Assembly (NCBI GenBank): GCA_900772775.1
Contig: CAAGRW010000151.1
Span: forward strand, 1-49,717
DNA length: 49,717 nt
Origin: Candidatus Rifleibacteriota bacterium
Lineage (GTDB): Bacteria; Vulcanimicrobiota; Xenobia; Xenobiales; Xenobiaceae
Reading direction: 5' to 3'
Part shown: in pieces, positions 45,163-49,717 of the stretch
How the letters are laid out: each line of letters starts with the position of its first letter
How positions within the stretch are numbered: position 1 is the stretch's first letter
Position numbers and translations under genes: made by a program
Notes under the pieces: generated by a model
Told to the model about the DNA's origin: nothing
The model's input: the letters and a program-made list of their open reading frames with translations, nothing else
The model's database searches: none

Positions 45163-47364
45163 ATGAAAACGCTGCGTTGGCTGTTAAATGCCGGTACCTT
45201 TATTTTGATATCTATCATGCCATTGGTAGCTTGGACCGGCTTTTATGACAGTGTAGAAGAGCCCAAAATGGCCATAGCCTTATGGAGTTCGGCTTTAGTA
45301 ATTGGCGCTTGGTTGATCGGATGTTTGGCCGGAAAATTGCATTTTTGGCCACAAAGTTCTTTAACTAAAGCGGGAACGCTATTTTACGTAGTAATGGCTG
45401 CCAGCGGAATATGGGCCGGTCTGGGACTCAATTTGCTGGAATATACTATTTTTTACGCGACCAACGCCCTTTTGCTTATGGCCTGGGACAGCATTTTTCA
45501 TTCCCCTATGATGAATAGTCTGTTTGTAGAAGAAACGGATGATAAAGTTCCAGCAGCCGATCCCCAAGATAATGCCTCAACCAGCCAAAAAGTAAATACA
45601 GGCGAAAATTATATTTGGTATTTGTTAGGTTGCTTAAGTTTAACGTGTTTGTTGGCTTGCGCTTATGCTTATTTGCAAAAAATAACCCCCTTAGGGATAA
45701 CAATTTTTGGCCTCCATATAGGTGATCCCATGAATTGGGACAATCCTCACTTATCGCAAGAACGTACCATTTCTACTTTCAGTAACCCCAACTATTCCGG
45801 AGTATGGATAGCTTCCGTTTTACCTTTGGCTTTGTCTTGGATCTATGCACGCACCAAAAAGACATGGTCTCGCTATTTAGCTTTAGTAGGTTGGCTTCTC
45901 TGCGCTTTAGCCATGATTTTTACCCAAACCAGAGCAGCCTGGCTGGCTTTTGCTAGCGGACTGACAGTTTGGTTTACCACTATGGCACTTTGCACAAATA
46001 ATAAACGCCCTGTAATAAAAACAGGTATCACATTGCTAATAGGTTTGGCTTTACTTACAAGTGCTTATATGTTTTGCGGCGAGCGCAACTTACAACAAGT
46101 TAATCATAAACAACTCACAATCACTGAGCGAATTAAAAGTTTTAGAAATTTGAGCGATCCCAGTTTGCAAGCTCGCCTTTGGTTTTGGAAATCGGCCTTA
46201 AAAACTTCTTTAGCTTTTCCTTGGACAGGCGTAGGCCCTTACGGCCAAGTACAAGCCAATTTGCTCGAACGTGATTCAGAGCCGATGTATACACGTCCAA
46301 ATGGCTCGCTACCTACTTCTACTCACAGTCAGTTCTTCCACGCTTTAGCTACTGCAGGCTGGCCGGCTTTGTTTTTATGCCTTATAAGTATAGGCTTTGC
46401 CATCAATTCAGCCTTGCACATCAAGTCTACGACGCTTAAAGCAGCTTTTTTGAGCGCTTCTGTCACCCTTTGGATCGCTCACATCTTTACCAGCTTCATT
46501 ATTTCGGCAGCAATTCTGTGGATTTTTATGATGGCTGCTATCAGCACTCTAAGTGAACAAACAGAAAAAAGCGAACCTAAATGGGATCCTAATGAAAGCT
46601 TGTGGCAATTGAGTAGCCAAGTCCGCTTGGGTATTTTAGTAGTTGGCATAGTCATGTGTTTGGTGAGTATAGCGACCTTTATGGATTTAGCCAGCTTGCG
46701 CTTCGGAGCCTTGGGAAATAAATACTTTGGCCAAGCTCAAATTTTAAGCCATCAACCTAACAAAAATATTTCGAAAATCTTGCTAACTTACGATCAGGCC
46801 AACGCCTATTACGAACTGGCTTCGGCTTTGAGCCCGGCTTGGATGACCTGGAATTATAATTTGGAAATAAGCAGAGTTTTCCGTCAAGTTTACGTTGAAG
46901 TACTTCCCGAACCTGACGACAAAATTTTATTTAAAGCGGTAGAGTACGCTTCTATTGCAGCGGCTTTTGCTCCGGAAAAGACAGCTCCCTTGCTCAATTG
47001 GGCTTCGATTTTGGCCCAAACCCCTCAAGGTTTGGAAGAGGCTCTTAAAATAATCAACCGAGCTTTAGGCATAGATCCGCGCAACCCGCGCATTTTAATA
47101 GCCAAAGTGCAATTTTTGATTGAGTTACAGCGTTTTCCTGAAGCCATCAAAGTTTTAGATAAAATCGACGCTATTACTCCAAATTTACCTACCGCTCTGT
47201 ATTCTCGTTTTGTGATTTTGTTGCTCACCCATAAAGAGCAAGAAGCTAAGCAAATTATGAGCCAATTGGAGCAACTTGATCCTTTAGCCAAACATGCCGC
47301 CGAAGAGTTTATGCAACGCCGAGAGCAAGAATCCCGACGCCAAACCGAGGCAAAAGCCCAATAG
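45163..47364 (+). CDS. O-antigen ligase/polymerase-like (Wzy_C) polytopic membrane protein with a C-terminal TPR domain
   Basis: About 12 TM segments are present. The segment FSNPNYSGVWIA...FTQTRAAWLAF fits the O-antigen ligase family loop. The C-terminal ~200 aa are TPR-like. Confidence 0.7.
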   Translation: MKTLRWLLNAGTFILISIMPLVAWTGFYDSVEEPKMAIALWSSALVIGAWLIGCLAGKLHFWPQSSLTKAGTLFYVVMAASGIWAGLGLNLLEYTIFYATNALLLMAWDSIFHSPMMNSLFVEETDDKVPAADPQDNASTSQKVNTGENYIWYLLGCLSLTCLLACAYAYLQKITPLGITIFGLHIGDPMNWDNPHLSQERTISTFSNPNYSGVWIASVLPLALSWIYARTKKTWSRYLALVGWLLCALAMIFTQTRAAWLAFASGLTVWFTTMALCTNNKRPVIKTGITLLIGLALLTSAYMFCGERNLQQVNHKQLTITERIKSFRNLSDPSLQARLWFWKSALKTSLAFPWTGVGPYGQVQANLLERDSEPMYTRPNGSLPTSTHSQFFHALATAGWPALFLCLISIGFAINSALHIKSTTLKAAFLSASVTLWIAHIFTSFIISAAILWIFMMAAISTLSEQTEKSEPKWDPNESLWQLSSQVRLGILVVGIVMCLVSIATFMDLASLRFGALGNKYFGQAQILSHQPNKNISKILLTYDQANAYYELASALSPAWMTWNYNLEISRVFRQVYVEVLPEPDDKILFKAVEYASIAAAFAPEKTAPLLNWASILAQTPQGLEEALKIINRALGIDPRNPRILIAKVQFLIELQRFPEAIKVLDKIDAITPNLPTALYSRFVILLLTHKEQEAKQIMSQLEQLDPLAKHAAEEFMQRREQESRRQTEAKAQ

Positions 47365-47427
47365 GGCTGAAGGAAAAGCTTTTTATGAGTGAATTTTTAG
47401 CCTAAGATCCCTTAAGGAGTGCATCAA

Positions 47428-49035
47428 GTGGCAGAGCATACACCCAACAATATAGTCGGCAGTACGCGCAATTTTGATAATCCGCAAGCTTTAAGTTTAA
47501 ATATTGCCAGAGAATTCAATGTGGCCGATTTTTTATTGCAAGCTGCTATTACCGAAAATGGTGACAATATTGCCATAGTTTCCCCTCGACAAATTATGAC
47601 TTTTAAGCAACTGGCTGCTTTAGTCAATCAAGCGGGAAATTTTTTGCTTAAGCACAAAGTCAGCATCGAGCGGCGCATCTTGCTTATGTTAAAAGATAGC
47701 GTTGATTTTGTTTCGCTCTTTCTGGCAGCTATAAAATTGGGCGCCGTCCCAGTAGCTTTACCTGCTCAATTGCAAAGACACGAATTGCGCTACTTGTTGG
47801 ATGAATCGCGAGCAGCTGTAGCTATAGTAGATCCGGAAGATTTCCTTACCGTACGTGAGCTATGCCAAGAATTACCCTGGAAAACAGAAGTTATTTCTGC
47901 GCAGCCCTCTGAAATAGCCGGAGGCGCTTCTATGCAAGAAGAGCGCCAGGAACAAAATTCAGAACTGGCTGCTGCAGCCACAACATGCGATGATACAGCC
48001 TTTTGGGTCTATACCCAAGGCTCAGCAGGCTTTCCTAAAGCCACTATGCACAGCCACCGCTCACCTTTGTATGCCAGCCTAAGCTATGCCAAAGAAGTGC
48101 TCAATTTAGATGAAAATGACATTATAATTAGTACCTCAGTTTTACATAGCAGCCAAGGCTTAATGGAACGCATTTTCTTTCCCCTCTTTAGCCGATCTTC
48201 TATAGTAATGTTGGAAGATGAACCTAGCGGCGCCGAGCTTTTGGAAAAAATGCGCACCCATAAGACTACAGTTATTTTCTCTTCACCAGATATTTATAAT
48301 AAAATTTTACAAGACGCCGAGAGCCAACACGAATCGGTAAGCTTGCCAAGTTTGCGAGCATGCATTTCCACTAACCAACCACTTACTTTGGCAACTCAGA
48401 TTAGTTGGAAGAAAAAATTCGATTTAGATATAATCAACGCTTTGAGCAGTACAGAAGAGTTATATGCCTATATCACCAACCGGCCAGGTCAAATTAGAGC
48501 CGGTTCGTTAGGACAAGCCGCTCCCGGTTACTCTATTCGTCTGGAAGACAAAAACGGTTTACACGTGGCTCCCGGACAAATAGGCAATTTGCTCGTCTAC
48601 GGCGGCTCTACCATGCTCGGATTTTGGAATAAACACAAAAAAACCACCCGCGCTTTAATCGGCCCTTGGTTAGATACGGGCGACAAATGTATCATGGACG
48701 AGGATGGCTATTATTACTTTGCCGGCAAACGCGAAGATATGATGTTTATTGACGATCATTGGGTTTCGCCAGGTGATGTAGAACAAAATTTGCTCAGTTT
48801 GCCAGAAGTAGCTCAAGCAGCCGTAGTTAGCGCTATAGACAACAATGACAAAATGAGGTTGAGAGCTTACATCGTACTGGAGCCAAATATAGAGCCTAGC
48901 GGCGAAATGGCCACAGCTCTACGTATCAGAGCCAATAAAAATCAGCCTTTGCATATGCAAATAAAATGGATCGATTTTGTTCCTGATTTGCCCCGTTCTA
49001 GCACCGGAAAGCTACAACGTTACAGATTGCGTTAG
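47428..49035 (+). CDS. AMP-dependent synthetase/ligase (benzoate/aryl-CoA-ligase-like adenylating enzyme) with a variant P-loop
   Basis: The segment AFWVYTQGSAGFPKATMHSH compares with the consensus YSSGSTGxPKGVxHxH. TGD and the C-terminal SSTGKLQRYRLR are present. The preferred start is the GTG at 47428, 8 nt after an AAGGAG. The ORF-track GTG at 47419 overlaps that SD. Confidence 0.8.
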   Translation: MAEHTPNNIVGSTRNFDNPQALSLNIAREFNVADFLLQAAITENGDNIAIVSPRQIMTFKQLAALVNQAGNFLLKHKVSIERRILLMLKDSVDFVSLFLAAIKLGAVPVALPAQLQRHELRYLLDESRAAVAIVDPEDFLTVRELCQELPWKTEVISAQPSEIAGGASMQEERQEQNSELAAAATTCDDTAFWVYTQGSAGFPKATMHSHRSPLYASLSYAKEVLNLDENDIIISTSVLHSSQGLMERIFFPLFSRSSIVMLEDEPSGAELLEKMRTHKTTVIFSSPDIYNKILQDAESQHESVSLPSLRACISTNQPLTLATQISWKKKFDLDIINALSSTEELYAYITNRPGQIRAGSLGQAAPGYSIRLEDKNGLHVAPGQIGNLLVYGGSTMLGFWNKHKKTTRALIGPWLDTGDKCIMDEDGYYYFAGKREDMMFIDDHWVSPGDVEQNLLSLPEVAQAAVVSAIDNNDKMRLRAYIVLEPNIEPSGEMATALRIRANKNQPLHMQIKWIDFVPDLPRSSTGKLQRYRLR

Positions 49036-49080
49036 AATGCGCAGGTGCTCGGCTTTATTTTTTAGCAAGCCCAACTGCCT

Positions 49081-49590
49081 TTATAAGAAAGGCCCGCCTA
49101 TAGATTCTTCTAATTTGCTGCGGTTTTCACGATTGATCCGCATAGCTTCATTGATACGCTCATTACCTTGGCGTATCAATTCGAGTCCTTCTTCTAAAAG
49201 GGCGGGATCTTCGTTTTCGACAAAGGCAAAAAAGACTTGCATACCTTGGTTATAAAGTTTGATGCCTTCGAAACCGACATCTAATTCATCTTTAAAGTCG
49301 TCAGCGGCCTCTTCCGGAATATCTATCGAGCGTATTCCTTGTTCTTTTTCGGCCAAGACGGCAGCTGTATCTTCGAGGAAGGAAGCAAACTCTTCTATAC
49401 TCCATTCACCGGAGCTGACTTTGTCGACAGCGTCTTCAAAAATTTGCAAGCGCTCATTAACAACCGGAGACTCAACTTTAGGTTCTTCTTGAGTTTCAGC
49501 TTCAGAGACGTAACGAGGCAAAGTTGCTCCACATTTCCGACATATTTTCGCTTCAGACTCATTATCGAAACCACATTTTACGCAGAACAC
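49081..49590 (-). CDS. Zinc-ribbon plus helical-domain protein, paralog of 34612..35106
   Basis: The preferred start is the GTG at 49590, 9 nt after a GGAGG, giving (M)FCVKCGFDNESEAKICRKCGATL. The helical C-terminal domain ends INEAMRINR and aligns with the 34612..35106 product. Confidence 0.65.
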   Translation of the reverse strand: MFCVKCGFDNESEAKICRKCGATLPRYVSEAETQEEPKVESPVVNERLQIFEDAVDKVSSGEWSIEEFASFLEDTAAVLAEKEQGIRSIDIPEEAADDFKDELDVGFEGIKLYNQGMQVFFAFVENEDPALLEEGLELIRQGNERINEAMRINRENRSKLEESIGGPFL

Positions 49591-49717
49591 AAAGATCAAC
49601 CTCCGAATTTAGTAGGCAAGTTGAGTTTACACCTTCGAAGCGGCAAAACTATGGGTTCGGAGTTTCGAACGAAATGGCTCCTTCCCCTTCCGAACAAAAT
49701 CTAAAGAGAAGTTAAGC

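Noticed and set aside
1-49717. Whole-window scan for CRISPR arrays, rRNA, IS elements or transposases, integrases, prophage genes, toxin-antitoxin pairs and known defence-system hallmarks.
   Set aside because: None was seen. The only repeats are the short ones listed above. All large ORFs are housekeeping genes, signalling genes or unclassified hypotheticals without nuclease, helicase, ATPase or defence signatures.

Overview
This is a gene-dense chromosomal window of 49.7 kb with moderate GC by eye. Most genes are preceded by strong GGAGG-type Shine-Dalgarno (SD) sites. The content is mostly housekeeping: rpoB-rpoC on the minus strand (with no rplJ-rplL directly upstream), tRNA-Pro(CGG), an orphan trpB, dnaE, proB, sstT, ppdK, an ABC-F ATPase and proA. 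It also holds two SAM methyltransferases, a TPR/HD-GYP protein, an Acg-type nitroreductase, an O-antigen-ligase/TPR membrane protein, an acyl-AMP ligase, a Sel1-repeat lipoprotein and several lineage-specific hypothetical genes. RpoC has no trigger-loop (SI3) insertion, so the host is unlikely to be a proteobacterium or cyanobacterium. I cannot assign a phylum from sequence alone. I saw no CRISPR array, rRNA, transposase, integrase, or recognisable defence or toxin-antitoxin module. Five things look unusual. (1) Three tandem paralogous genes at 290-2743 have unrelated, largely disordered N-termini and share a short C-terminal module I cannot place in any family. (2) A 164-aa gene with a strong SD lies directly upstream of dnaE and is a degenerate copy of an internal DnaE segment. 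(3) RpoB carries a CxxC-x10-CxxC zinc-ribbon insertion. (4) A clear GapR/DUF2312 homolog sits between rpoB and tRNA-Pro in a non-alphaproteobacterial background. (5) Two dispersed paralogs each combine a zinc ribbon with a helical domain. All functional calls come from motif recognition by eye, and no database search was run.
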